Shown here: piece after piece, positions 9,125-19,040 of the stretch
Position numbering within the stretch: the stretch's first letter is position 1
Layout of the letters: the number at the start of each line of letters is the position of its first letter
Assembly (NCBI GenBank): GCA_964620965.1
Contig: CAZUHV010000003.1
Span: 12,777 to 76,776 of the forward strand
DNA: 64,000 nt
DNA from: an uncultured Pseudomonadales bacterium
GTDB taxonomy: Bacteria > Patescibacteriota > Microgenomatia > UBA1400 > PJMF01
Direction of reading: 5' to 3'
Translations under genes and position numbers: made by a program
Notes under the pieces: generated by a model
Told to the model about the DNA's origin: nothing
What the model saw: only the letters and a program-made list of their open reading frames with translations
Databases searched by the model: none

Positions 9125-11458
9125 CTATAAATTGCTTCTGCTCTGAATTTCCGCCTCAACAACATCTCTATCTTTACCATACTTGAGTCTTGAAAGCTCT
9201 TTAATCATTTCCGCTTGTTTAGGATTCATACGTGCATTGATAGAATCCATGTCTTTAAGTAACGACATACTAAATGGAGGAACTGGCTCATTCTTAACAA
9301 TCGTCTTTATATACACATGAAATTTCTCGATATTTGTTAAGTCACCTTCATTGAAAGTTGGCGAGAACTCATGTTGCAAAAAGTTCGCATCTGGAACACC
9401 AACACGAAAGGCAATCATAGTACCAACGTTACCAAACACAGCATTCTTCACCTCTTCATCAATCTGACTCACAAACTGATTTGCAACAATCAAATTAAGA
9501 CGATATTTACGAGCCTCAGACAAAATAACAGCGAAGTCCTCTGTTGCATAGTTCTGGAACTCGTCGACATACAAATAAAAGTCTTTACGATCTGCCATAG
9601 CCATATCTTGACGCGCCATAGCAGCAGTAAGCACTTTCGGAACAAGGATCAAACCTAAAAATTTAGCATCTTCTTCTCCAAGAATACCTTTTGAAAGGTT
9701 ACATAAAATAATTTTTTGTTCGTCCATTGCTTTTCTAATATTAAACGCACTTTCTGGCTGACCAATAATGTTACGCATTGTTTTATTCGTAACAAATCGA
9801 CCAAACTTAGAAACAATGTAGTCCAAAACCTCAGACTTGTGAAAGTCGGAAGTTTGAGCAATCTGGTCTGTCCAGTATCTTCGAACAACTGGGTCTTTTA
9901 CTAAAGGAAGCATCTCATCAACATATTTACTATCGGTTAAAATACGCACCAACTCAATAAAAGTACTGCCTTTTTTGTACATGATAGTAAGCATTGCATT
10001 ACGAATTGCATGCTCAAAACGAGGACCAATAATACCAGTTCTGTGCGGATCATACAGCTTGTACATCAATCCAATAATAGAACCTACAACAAAGTGGCGC
10101 TGTTCTTCGGAATCAGCTTCCATCATGTTTAAACCCATTGGACGATCCAAATCTGAAGGATTAAAGTAAATCACATCATCTGCACGCTCAGGTGGCATTA
10201 ATTGCAAGATATCTTCAATAAACTCACCATGTGGGTCAATTGCACAAACACCTTTGCCATTTTCAATATCTTGCAGAATCATCTCTTTAAGAAACTCAGA
10301 CTTACCTGTACCCGTTTTTCCAATAATGTACATGTGTCTTCTTCTATCATCTTCTCCAATAAAGACTTCACGAACCTCTCCTCTATAGGTAGATTTTCCA
10401 AGATGTAGTCCTTCTTTAGGAATTTTGTTAGGAGCAGGAGCATTTTTTGCGTTCAGCCAACGAATGTGATGCGTTTCAACAGTTTTGTTTGGTAAATGAA
10501 AAATAGTTGCAAGCTCTTCGGTATTAAGAACAAACGTGTCCTTATTAAACATTGGCATATATCGATACAAAAAGTCGATCATAAAAAGATGTTTAAAAAA
10601 TATCAGTTTTGTCTGCTTAAATGAGTTATATGCACCTGTAAACTGAGCAAATGCACCTTTTATATTGTTCAAGTGTGAATCTGCAATATATTCTTCTTTT
10701 GCTGATACAACAACTCTAATTGAAACTCTAAAACCTGGTTTCTCAGCCTTTTGACCAATGACTTCCATCTCTTTTGGATCATGAGAATATGTCGCCTTAT
10801 TTGGGTCAGCCTCACGTTTCTTTTGTGATGAAACATATGACCTACCTTGATTCTGCCATCTTTTTCCTTCTGGTTGCATCAAAATTTGCAAAATCGCACC
10901 CTCACCAGGACCCATTTTAGAAAGTGCAGAAGTAATAGCATTTAAACCATCCACCGGTAAATCTTTGTATGTTTTAATTGGATAATACGAGGCTCTATCT
11001 AAAGATAGCGAAGTAAATGCAACTTTACCCTTTTTGTTAAAAATATTAACTTCGTCGACTTCTTTAATCTCTGCATTTGGATATGACCCATGAATCTGTT
11101 TTTCTACTAAATCACGAATTCTTCGAGGGCAGTTCAGATAAAACGCAATATCTTCTTCAAGTGCAACAATTTCTAAAGAAAACAGATCCTCAGCCTTTGT
11201 GAATGCAAAAAACCCTGTTTTTTTGAGCGAATATAGACCGGCAAACATCTGTTCTGCTGAGTCAATCTTTGTCTCATTGTCTTTTGGAACTCTGATAAGC
11301 AATGTGACAAATTCAAGTGCAGTGTTTTCTTTGTTTCTATATTTATATTTTTGAAACAACATGTAACAAAAAACAATAAAGATCGCTAAAAGAAGCAATA
11401 ATAGTATTGCTGAACTAAAATACTGAACTGCTATAGCAAAAAAATCCTGTTCAAGCAT
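9125..11458 (-). CDS. T4SS ATPase of the FtsK/HerA superfamily (VirB4/TraC/TrbE-like or VirD4/TraG-like), N-terminal TM segment plus C-terminal NTPase
   Basis: 777-aa ORF. TM segment AILLLLLLAIFIVFCYMLF lies at the N-terminus. Walker A is RHMYIIGKTGTGKSEFL, followed by ...GVCAIDPHGE. Walker B region is FYLYVDEFQNY...ARKYRLNLIVANQ. An N-terminal domain of about 350 aa precedes the NTPase, which fits VirB4 topology better than VirD4. Confidence 0.65.
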   Translation of the reverse strand: MLEQDFFAIAVQYFSSAILLLLLLAIFIVFCYMLFQKYKYRNKENTALEFVTLLIRVPKDNETKIDSAEQMFAGLYSLKKTGFFAFTKAEDLFSLEIVALEEDIAFYLNCPRRIRDLVEKQIHGSYPNAEIKEVDEVNIFNKKGKVAFTSLSLDRASYYPIKTYKDLPVDGLNAITSALSKMGPGEGAILQILMQPEGKRWQNQGRSYVSSQKKREADPNKATYSHDPKEMEVIGQKAEKPGFRVSIRVVVSAKEEYIADSHLNNIKGAFAQFTGAYNSFKQTKLIFFKHLFMIDFLYRYMPMFNKDTFVLNTEELATIFHLPNKTVETHHIRWLNAKNAPAPNKIPKEGLHLGKSTYRGEVREVFIGEDDRRRHMYIIGKTGTGKSEFLKEMILQDIENGKGVCAIDPHGEFIEDILQLMPPERADDVIYFNPSDLDRPMGLNMMEADSEEQRHFVVGSIIGLMYKLYDPHRTGIIGPRFEHAIRNAMLTIMYKKGSTFIELVRILTDSKYVDEMLPLVKDPVVRRYWTDQIAQTSDFHKSEVLDYIVSKFGRFVTNKTMRNIIGQPESAFNIRKAMDEQKIILCNLSKGILGEEDAKFLGLILVPKVLTAAMARQDMAMADRKDFYLYVDEFQNYATEDFAVILSEARKYRLNLIVANQFVSQIDEEVKNAVFGNVGTMIAFRVGVPDANFLQHEFSPTFNEGDLTNIEKFHVYIKTIVKNEPVPPFSMSLLKDMDSINARMNPKQAEMIKELSRLKYGKDRDVVEAEIQSRSNL

Positions 11459-12089
11459 TATTTTCTTCCTGTTTATAGATTACTTTTCCAGTAAACATTC
11501 TAATAATCTTATGGCTAAACTCAACTAACCACCTAAAACTGTATTTTGGAGATTTTTTTGCACCTTCTTGTTCTTCTGCTTCCGTAATAGGCAAAACAAT
11601 AACAGGCCTACTTGGATATTGATTTGTAGGTACTTCACTAGTGCCATCTGCAATTACAACCTCTGTTGGAGCAGTATCGTGATGATCTTCGACCCGTTGC
11701 AAAAAGCTCTCAACTTCTACTGGAATCTCTGGATTTTTTTCTGTTTCGATTGCTTGAATTCCACCACCGGCATCTATAATCTGAGCATCTGCAGATTTAC
11801 CTGTTTCCACACGCTCTTTTGCAGTTCTGGCTCCACCTTGTTGTGGATTCAGTGTATCTGTTGCTTGATCAACAGCCTGAACAACTCCATGTGGAACTGT
11901 GTTTTGAATTTCATCCAAAACAGACTCAAACGTATCTAGTTTTTGAGTAGTATCATCTGTCTGAGTTGGATCACTAATAACTTGCCCCCGTTGAGCTTGA
12001 GAAATCTTCGAACCACTAAAAAGCTGGCTCACTCCAGAGAGAACTTGTCCTTTTTGAACTTGTTGTTGATTTTGGGTTTGGTCGTTCAT
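11451..12089 (-). CDS. Hypothetical Gln/Thr-rich protein, co-operonic with the T4SS ATPase
   Basis: 212-aa ORF overlapping the ATPase start by 8 nt, with a low-complexity Q-rich N-terminus. No family recognised. Confidence 0.45.
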   Translation of the reverse strand: MNDQTQNQQQVQKGQVLSGVSQLFSGSKISQAQRGQVISDPTQTDDTTQKLDTFESVLDEIQNTVPHGVVQAVDQATDTLNPQQGGARTAKERVETGKSADAQIIDAGGGIQAIETEKNPEIPVEVESFLQRVEDHHDTAPTEVVIADGTSEVPTNQYPSRPVIVLPITEAEEQEGAKKSPKYSFRWLVEFSHKIIRMFTGKVIYKQEENNA

Positions 12090-12112
12090 TAGCTAGTACA
12101 ATCATAGCATTT

Positions 12113-12685
12113 TTATTGCACTAATTGAACTACATCACCAGGTTGTATATTGAATTTTTCTGCATCACCAGCATTGACTTCTAAAACCATATCAGCATCT
12201 TGATTTGGAGAGTATGTTTCTAATCGATTGTCTGGCGTATCCTGTGGAGGTTTAGGAACATTTTTTGAAATTGCGACTACAATATTATTGTTTATCCAGA
12301 TCATGTCTAAGTCAAACTGCATGTCTTTCATCCAAAAGTATCGGTTTTCGCTTGTTGGAAAAATAAAAAGCATGCCTTCTGCACCGATTTCACTTCGCCC
12401 TGATAAACCCTGAGTAGTTGAATGAGCTGTATTTACAACTTCCACTGTAAGGATTCTTTCTTCTGGTATTGCTGTAAGTAGTTCTTCTGCGTCTGTTGCC
12501 TCTGCTATTTGCAGGGCTTCTAATTCTTTATTTGAGTTAAAAACGATTTCTACAATCTCTCTATCTTGCAAATCAGAAAAACGTCTTTGCTCTTCATCAA
12601 AAAGTGAGTTGCCATTTTTTTGTAAAATAAAATAACAAGTTATAGAAATCGCTAGCAAGAATATAAAAATAACTTTTTTAATCAT
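12113..12685 (-). CDS. DUF192-family protein (COG1430-like), secreted
   Basis: N-terminal signal-like segment. C-terminal pattern ...DMIWINNNIVVAI.....LEVNAGDAEKFNIQPGDVV is typical of DUF192. Confidence 0.5.
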   Translation of the reverse strand: MIKKVIFIFLLAISITCYFILQKNGNSLFDEEQRRFSDLQDREIVEIVFNSNKELEALQIAEATDAEELLTAIPEERILTVEVVNTAHSTTQGLSGRSEIGAEGMLFIFPTSENRYFWMKDMQFDLDMIWINNNIVVAISKNVPKPPQDTPDNRLETYSPNQDADMVLEVNAGDAEKFNIQPGDVVQLVQ

Positions 12686-13500
12686 GTTTTTGTATTATAC
12701 GAAATAATTCTTTCAAACCATATGTGGAAATATTTATGAAATAAATACAAAAAACAAACTAGAGCAATCCCCAGTAAAAATAACTGGTTAAAACCCAGTA
12801 AACCAAATAATACAACTTGTTTATCCAATCTTAAAAAGTCAAGAAAAAAACGAAGCAACGAATAATAAAAAACATAGCTAGTAAAAAGCTTTCCTGTACC
12901 AATTTTTGGGAGCCTTGATTTTTTTAAAAGCAAATAAACCATACTTGCAAAAATACCTGTGCCAATCATTTCATAAAAAAACAGTGGATGATAATAGGAA
13001 AACTGCTGATAACTAGGTAACCGATGCTCAGAATCTATATATATTTTAAAAAACCCGTTTGTTGGAGACCCATATAACTCTTGGTTAAAATAATTTCCCC
13101 AACGTCCAATTGCCTGCCCAACAGGTAATCCAAAAATCGTATAATCTAGAAGTTTCAAAATTTCTTGTTTCTTTTTTTGTAACTCAATTTTTCGCAATTC
13201 TTGAAACAAAAAAAATGAAAAAACTAAACCAAACACTCCTCCAATTACTCCTCCAATAATACTTAAACCTCCATTCCAAATTTGTAGTGTCCCCATTAAG
13301 TTCTCTTCATATAAATGGTAATCTGTGATAACATGCCACAAACGCGCCCCTAGAACTGCAAACAAAAAAGAAAGTAAAGCAACTTTGCTAAAAAATTTCT
13401 GTAAGAGAGGCTCTTTTTCTGTTTGCTTTTCTATAAGTGAAAAACCAACAACTAAGGCGACTCCGATTATCAAACCATACAAATTAAATTGTAATAACAT
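12682..13500 (-). CDS. lgt: Prolipoprotein diacylglyceryl transferase
   Basis: Polytopic membrane protein carrying the Lgt signature GRWGNYFNQELYG. Confidence 0.8.
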   Translation of the reverse strand: MLLQFNLYGLIIGVALVVGFSLIEKQTEKEPLLQKFFSKVALLSFLFAVLGARLWHVITDYHLYEENLMGTLQIWNGGLSIIGGVIGGVFGLVFSFFLFQELRKIELQKKKQEILKLLDYTIFGLPVGQAIGRWGNYFNQELYGSPTNGFFKIYIDSEHRLPSYQQFSYYHPLFFYEMIGTGIFASMVYLLLKKSRLPKIGTGKLFTSYVFYYSLLRFFLDFLRLDKQVVLFGLLGFNQLFLLGIALVCFLYLFHKYFHIWFERIISYNTKT

Positions 13501-13980
13501 TTATCTTCCTAAGAAAATAACTAAAAATGCAAATAAAACTGTTGCTGCAATAAAAACTGTAGTAAAAATGGCATGTTCATCTTGAGTAATGTCACGCTTT
13601 AACTGAGACAAATACCTTTTCTGAAATCCTTGCAAATTATTTCTAAAACTAAAAAATTCAAGTGAAAGAATCGAGATAATTCCCAAAAACATTCCAACTC
13701 CCATTGCACTTCCCGTAGAAGTCAACAAAAATAGTCCAAGTGGCGGGAGTGAAAGTAAAAATAAAAATGAACGTGTGACTAACCTTTTTTCCTCTGGATC
13801 ATAATACTTATAAGCATACTTTTCGTCAGCTTCTAAAAGCGCCATACCTAAAAAAATACCAACACTAAAAAATAAGACACTAAAATAGTTAACTGCCTTA
13901 CCAAAATACGCAGAAACTAAAAATAAAACTGACAAGCTAATTAAAATACCGATTTTTCCGAACAAATTATTCTTTTGCAT
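13501..13980 (-). CDS. Hypothetical integral membrane protein (about 4 TM segments)
   Basis: 159-aa hydrophobic ORF. No family recognised. Confidence 0.4.
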   Translation of the reverse strand: MQKNNLFGKIGILISLSVLFLVSAYFGKAVNYFSVLFFSVGIFLGMALLEADEKYAYKYYDPEEKRLVTRSFLFLLSLPPLGLFLLTSTGSAMGVGMFLGIISILSLEFFSFRNNLQGFQKRYLSQLKRDITQDEHAIFTTVFIAATVLFAFLVIFLGR

Positions 13981-15127
13981 ATTTGTATTGTATTATCTTT
14001 CGAACTGAATTATCAACAAAAGGTTTAAATACCGGATTCGTATCATATTCAGTAACTAAACTAGAAACAATTGCTTGCAAATCTTCTTGAGTAACGGACT
14101 GTCCGTACAAGAGCACATCATTTCCTGCCAAAACTGCTTCTTTAGAAATCGTTGCCAAATCCTTTGGCACTTTTGGATTTTCTATATCATATGCCGCTGC
14201 TGCCATCTCTAGAGCATCAGTAAATACAAGCACATTTGGATATGCTTTATTAAGCTCTGAAACACAATATGGACTGACAGAACAAGGAATATCTTTATCT
14301 TGTGTTATTACTCCGGCATGTGAAGTCATAACTCCAATTTTTTCATTTTGATCAATTATATATTTATACAACTTTACATCATTTTCTAGAACATCTACAA
14401 AATCAAAGCTTGTGTGTAAGTCTTTTGTAGTCAAACCAATGCCAGGAAAATGTTTTAGAACCGGAAGAACTCCAATTCTACTAAATATAGTTGTAAAGTC
14501 CATTCCTCTATCTGCAACAATTGGGTATGAAGTTGTTGAACAAACTCTATCTTTTAAAATTTTATTGTTGCCAACGTCAACTACTGGTCCTAAAACAACA
14601 TCAACCCCGGCATCCTTGAGTTCATACGCACTCCTTTTGAGCTCTGCTTGTCTTTCTTTTTGGTCAAGTTCACAAATTTTTTGCCAAGAATCAAGTTGTG
14701 AAAATCCTTCGCCAGAAAGTCTTTGCACACTGCCTCCCTCATGGTCAACTGCAATCCAGGGTTCCAAACCATAAACTACGTTCTTTTTGAGTTGAGTAAT
14801 CGTGCTTGTTGCACGATTCATTGATATCTCAGTTCCAAATAAAGTGAAAAAACCATATTTTATTTCTGGCACTGTTGCAAGTTCTTCTGAATCCATGTCA
14901 ATAACATATGGTGCAGCAATCATTTGTAATATTTTTTCTTGAGTAGTTAGTGAAGCAAAAATATCCGTATTAGTTTTTTTTGTTTCATCCATTGCCATTT
15001 GATTTTCTGAATCTGTTATACGCTCCGATTCAGGAATTTCAAAAGGACGATACACATAGTTGTAACCCAATATTACAGTTGCAATTAAAAGTAAAACTAT
15101 AAAAAAGTACTGTCTTATTTTTTTCAT
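13967..15127 (-). CDS. Glycoside hydrolase family 3 N-terminal-domain protein (NagZ-like beta-N-acetylhexosaminidase)
   Basis: N-terminal signal anchor and GH3 motifs ...AVDHEGGSVQRL... and KHFPGIGLTTKD. Confidence 0.7.
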   Translation of the reverse strand: MKKIRQYFFIVLLLIATVILGYNYVYRPFEIPESERITDSENQMAMDETKKTNTDIFASLTTQEKILQMIAAPYVIDMDSEELATVPEIKYGFFTLFGTEISMNRATSTITQLKKNVVYGLEPWIAVDHEGGSVQRLSGEGFSQLDSWQKICELDQKERQAELKRSAYELKDAGVDVVLGPVVDVGNNKILKDRVCSTTSYPIVADRGMDFTTIFSRIGVLPVLKHFPGIGLTTKDLHTSFDFVDVLENDVKLYKYIIDQNEKIGVMTSHAGVITQDKDIPCSVSPYCVSELNKAYPNVLVFTDALEMAAAAYDIENPKVPKDLATISKEAVLAGNDVLLYGQSVTQEDLQAIVSSLVTEYDTNPVFKPFVDNSVRKIIQYKYAKE

Positions 15128-15426
15128 TTTTTCTTTTCTGCGTTAATCTGCTTTACTTTCCACATAAATAATTTTGCTTTACTTTTCGCATTGTTTGCAT
15201 CCTTAACAAATGACAGAGATCTTTCTAAGACTGCTCTATCAACTGTTTTCGCCATTTTAATGTATAAACTTTTATGCTTCAAGTCGTTAAGCTCTACGGC
15301 CAATCTATATCCAAAGTCTTGAAATTCCTGAGTAATATATCCACCCTTATCATCAAGTTGGTACGAAGCAAATAAATCTCCCATGTTCTGAAATGATTGC
15401 TTCTTCTTTTTTGTATCATCTGTCAT
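15124..15426 (-). CDS. Hypothetical small basic protein
   Basis: 100-aa ORF that overlaps both neighbouring genes by 4 and 11 nt. Confidence 0.35.
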   Translation of the reverse strand: MTDDTKKKKQSFQNMGDLFASYQLDDKGGYITQEFQDFGYRLAVELNDLKHKSLYIKMAKTVDRAVLERSLSFVKDANNAKSKAKLFMWKVKQINAEKKK

Positions 15427-16645
15427 ATTTTGAATCTTTCATTAATAGACCGACTAAAACACCAAAACTTGCAAGAACATAGAGCGATTTCCATCCCGAA
15501 AAGAAAATAAAAAATAGCCCAACACAAGACCAAAATATAACAGTTGCAATATTCAAAGTCATTTCTCTGTAAATAAAAAACGAATCTGCAGAATGGCCCT
15601 TACCTCGCTTCATGAACATCGTATCAAAATAGACGTTATACACATTCGAAATTAACTTATCAAACATATCTATAAAAGCGATTCCCCAAGTAGTTACAAC
15701 TTGAGTTCTCAGTACAGTAATTATGGATAGAAAACCACCTGAAAGGTAAAATGGCTTCTTACTTTTTTTGTGATGATCAAAATAGTTACCAGCAAAATAT
15801 GTAAAAAGTAGAGCTAAAAAGAGCGACGCAGTATACAAATATCCAACTTTGTCTATTGAACCCAATAGCAGAAAAATGTAAAGTGGCCACAGATAAATTG
15901 CTGCATCATACACATATTTTCCAGCAAAAGATGCACTTAAAGTAATAAACCGAGTTTCTTTAATCCAACTAAAAAATTCTTTATATGAAACTGAGTTTTT
16001 GACAGTATCTATATCCATATGCATCGCCAAAAAACTTGAAATTAAAGTAAGTACTAATCCAATTAAAAACAATACTTCTATACCTGCTAAATATGCAATT
16101 ACACCACTCACTGCAGGGGAAACAACTGCAACTATCTGTAAAAGTGTATACAAAAATCCGACATCTTTACCCATATTACTCTTTTTGGAAATTTTACTTA
16201 AAATGGAATAGTAACCGCCCCAAAACAGTTGTGCATTTATAGCATCTAACAAAGCTGCTGGTATCAAAAATAGTGCAGAATTTCTTGCAAAAAACATTAG
16301 CATAAAGTATAAGGCTCTTAGCAAAAATGAAAAAACAAAACTTTTTTGATATCCAATTTTTCTAAAAACTATACCACTTGGAACACCCATCAAAAAGCTT
16401 ACTATCCCAACAACTATGTAATAAAATGCCAAAGTAAGCATCCCTGTTTGGAATGATGTGAACGGTAAAAATTGCAGATGAACAGTAGTAGACCCAACAC
16501 TAAACAAAAACACTGGCAAAAAAAACATTGCCATTTTATTAACAAGATCTCTAATAACTCTGATTCCATAAAGCAATCTAAAATTCTTTGAATCATCAAA
16601 AGTAATATGAGGCAAATGAAGGTGGTAATCCTTAATTCTAAACAT
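15416..16645 (-). CDS. MFS-type transporter (about 12 TM segments)
   Basis: 409-aa polytopic ORF with two six-helix halves. Family assignment is by architecture only. Confidence 0.55.
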   Translation of the reverse strand: MFRIKDYHLHLPHITFDDSKNFRLLYGIRVIRDLVNKMAMFFLPVFLFSVGSTTVHLQFLPFTSFQTGMLTLAFYYIVVGIVSFLMGVPSGIVFRKIGYQKSFVFSFLLRALYFMLMFFARNSALFLIPAALLDAINAQLFWGGYYSILSKISKKSNMGKDVGFLYTLLQIVAVVSPAVSGVIAYLAGIEVLFLIGLVLTLISSFLAMHMDIDTVKNSVSYKEFFSWIKETRFITLSASFAGKYVYDAAIYLWPLYIFLLLGSIDKVGYLYTASLFLALLFTYFAGNYFDHHKKSKKPFYLSGGFLSIITVLRTQVVTTWGIAFIDMFDKLISNVYNVYFDTMFMKRGKGHSADSFFIYREMTLNIATVIFWSCVGLFFIFFSGWKSLYVLASFGVLVGLLMKDSKYDR

Positions 16646-16652
16646 AAAAAAC

Positions 16653-17198
16653 CTAAACTCTTTGTATCAACTCTTTTACAACATCTATCTTGACTCTGTT
16701 AAAAACTTCCATCTCTTCTGGAGAAAATTTTTCTAACACATATGTTTGTGGAGGAAGCGTTCTATCACCTTCTCTGGTATCTACACCAACCCTTATATGC
16801 CAAAAATTTTGAGTTCCTAAGTTTTGGTATAAAGAAAGCAATCCATTGTGTCCTTTTGGGCCAATTCCATACTGAATCTTAAAAGTACCAAGTGGAATAT
16901 CTAAATCATCATGCACCACGAAAAGGTTATGATATTCACCTGTTTTTTTTGCTTCAACATCCATTTTATAAAATGAAAGAATACTCTGAACTGCTCTACC
17001 AGAATCATTCATAAAGGTCTGGGGTTTCACAAAAATTGCATCCTTAACTTTGCAAGTATCAGAAAAAACTTTTTTATTATGAGTAAACTCTGGGCATTCC
17101 AGAACTTTGCTTAAGTTGTCTAGAACCATAAATCCCGCATTATGTCTGGTAAGTTCATACCTACTACCTGGATTACCTAAGCCAACAAAAATATTCAT
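16653..17198 (-). CDS. pth: Peptidyl-tRNA hydrolase
   Basis: N-terminus MNIFVGLGNPGSRYELTRHNAGFMVLD matches Pth. Confidence 0.85.
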   Translation of the reverse strand: MNIFVGLGNPGSRYELTRHNAGFMVLDNLSKVLECPEFTHNKKVFSDTCKVKDAIFVKPQTFMNDSGRAVQSILSFYKMDVEAKKTGEYHNLFVVHDDLDIPLGTFKIQYGIGPKGHNGLLSLYQNLGTQNFWHIRVGVDTREGDRTLPPQTYVLEKFSPEEMEVFNRVKIDVVKELIQRV

Positions 17199-17240
17199 GT
17201 CTTCTATTGTAGCAGTGTCTTGATATAATTACAGCCAGTT

Positions 17241-18104
17241 ATGCAAAACAAACTATTTTTTTCTATTGTGATTCCAACGTTAAACGAAGAAAACTATTTA
17301 CCATTACTTCTTGAGGACCTTGCAGATCAAACATATACTGACTTTGAAGTTATTCATGTTGACGGAAGCTCAGAAGATCAAACAGTTAAAAAAGCAAAAT
17401 CATTTGAAAAAAAACTTAATCTTTCCACTTACACTACCGACATTAGAAATGTGAGCCATCAAAGAAATATCGGAATAGAAAAATCAAAGGGCAAGTGGAT
17501 TATTTTTATGGATGCAGATAATAGACTTCCTAAATATTTTCTTGATGGAGTCAGATACCGACTAGCACAAAATCCAAAAACCAGTATTTTTACCACTTGG
17601 TTGCAAATTGATAAAGAGAAAACTCTTAATAAACCTATAGAAAGAACACTTAACTATAGTTTGGAACTTGGAAGAATCGCCGGTAAAGAATGGTCTTTTG
17701 GAGCTTTGATCGGTGTGAAAAAAGAAATACTAAAAGACACATCTTCTCAGTTTGATAAAAGTCAAAAGGTTGGTGAAGATGGAATTTTTGTTAAAAATTT
17801 GGTAGCAAAAGGACATGTATTTAGTGTTTTTAGAGATCCAAAATACACCTACTCTGTTCGAAGATTCGATGCCGAAGGCACAATCCAAATGGCAAGAAAA
17901 GGTGCTCTTATTGCACTTAACTATCTGCAAGGAAAAGACTTTTCAGAAAATGATTTCGGTTACAAAATGGACGGAGGTAGTGCCTATAACAAACACCCAT
18001 TTTTAAGTTATTACGGAATTCAATCATTTGTAAAAAGTGCTACAAAAAACCAAATCGAACAAGCAAAAAAATTATTTAAAAGCCTAACCGATTTTGATTT
18101 CTAG
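17241..18104 (+). CDS. Family 2 glycosyltransferase
   Basis: FSIVIPTLNEENYL...HVDGSSED...FMDADN (DxD) motifs. Confidence 0.75.
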   Translation: MQNKLFFSIVIPTLNEENYLPLLLEDLADQTYTDFEVIHVDGSSEDQTVKKAKSFEKKLNLSTYTTDIRNVSHQRNIGIEKSKGKWIIFMDADNRLPKYFLDGVRYRLAQNPKTSIFTTWLQIDKEKTLNKPIERTLNYSLELGRIAGKEWSFGALIGVKKEILKDTSSQFDKSQKVGEDGIFVKNLVAKGHVFSVFRDPKYTYSVRRFDAEGTIQMARKGALIALNYLQGKDFSENDFGYKMDGGSAYNKHPFLSYYGIQSFVKSATKNQIEQAKKLFKSLTDFDF

Positions 18105-18176
18105 TTTGATTATCTCTGTAATTATTTTTCACTTTCAGATATGTAAATCCAAATAAAACTTGGTTTACCGCTAGAC

Positions 18177-19040
18177 TCAAGTTTCTATAAAGTCTAATAT
18201 ATCTTGTGCAACATATCCAACAGAAGAAAACAAAAATAAGTGATCTCCTTCTGGGTACTCTATGAGCTTTGAGTCTTTGATATTCTCGTGAATTGTTTTT
18301 GACCACTTAGTTGGAAATATTTTATCTTTATTTCCAGAAAGTATTAATGTTGGAACGGCAATATTTTTTACCTCTTCTAATAAGTCATAGTTCAAAACAT
18401 ATGAAAGAACCTGTCCATAACTTGCAACAGAAGTATGCGCAATATCATTAAAAATTCTTGGCCAATAAAAATCGCCTGTACCCAAATATTGCCTATGATT
18501 TATTCTACCTTCCATTTTCATGGTAGGAAGCATTTTTTCAAGAATAATTGCTAAATATTTTACAAATTTTGAAAATCCAATGTCTTTAAATAGTGGATAT
18601 GTTATTGGAGTGGAATTTATCAATACTAGTTTTTCCAAACCTTGAGGATTTCCTATAGCAATACTTTGCGCTGTTAGACCACCCAAACAGTGACCAATCA
18701 AAATATAACTCCCAATTTTTTCTGTTTTTAGTATTTCTAAAACATCATTTCCTAGAACGGTAAAATCATAGGAATCTCTTTGTTGCACAGTACTAGACAG
18801 ACCATGACCTCTCAGATCTATTCCTATCGATCTGTAGCCTAAATCAGCAAAATAAACTCTGTAGTCTTCGAATGCTGCTAAATCACCCCCAAGACCATGT
18901 AAAAAGACTAATACTGGTTTTTGTGTATTATTTTGAGTAGTATCACTGTAAGAAATAATTATTTCATCTGTGATTTTGTGTTTTTTTTCTATAAACATAT
19001 CGAATCCTGGTGAGAATATATTATACAAAGTTATATGCAA
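18177..19040 (-). CDS. Alpha/beta-hydrolase fold protein with Cys at the nucleophile elbow (G-H-C-L-G-G)
   Basis: VLVFLHGLGGD oxyanion region and ILIGHCLGG elbow. C-terminal D and H candidates are present. Confidence 0.65.
   Translation of the reverse strand: MHITLYNIFSPGFDMFIEKKHKITDEIIISYSDTTQNNTQKPVLVFLHGLGGDLAAFEDYRVYFADLGYRSIGIDLRGHGLSSTVQQRDSYDFTVLGNDVLEILKTEKIGSYILIGHCLGGLTAQSIAIGNPQGLEKLVLINSTPITYPLFKDIGFSKFVKYLAIILEKMLPTMKMEGRINHRQYLGTGDFYWPRIFNDIAHTSVASYGQVLSYVLNYDLLEEVKNIAVPTLILSGNKDKIFPTKWSKTIHENIKDSKLIEYPEGDHLFLFSSVGYVAQDILDFIET

Noticed and set aside
11568-11939. 123-aa plus-strand ORF
   Set aside because: It is antisense to the Q-rich hypothetical gene 11451-12089 and gives a Cys/Phe-rich low-complexity translation.
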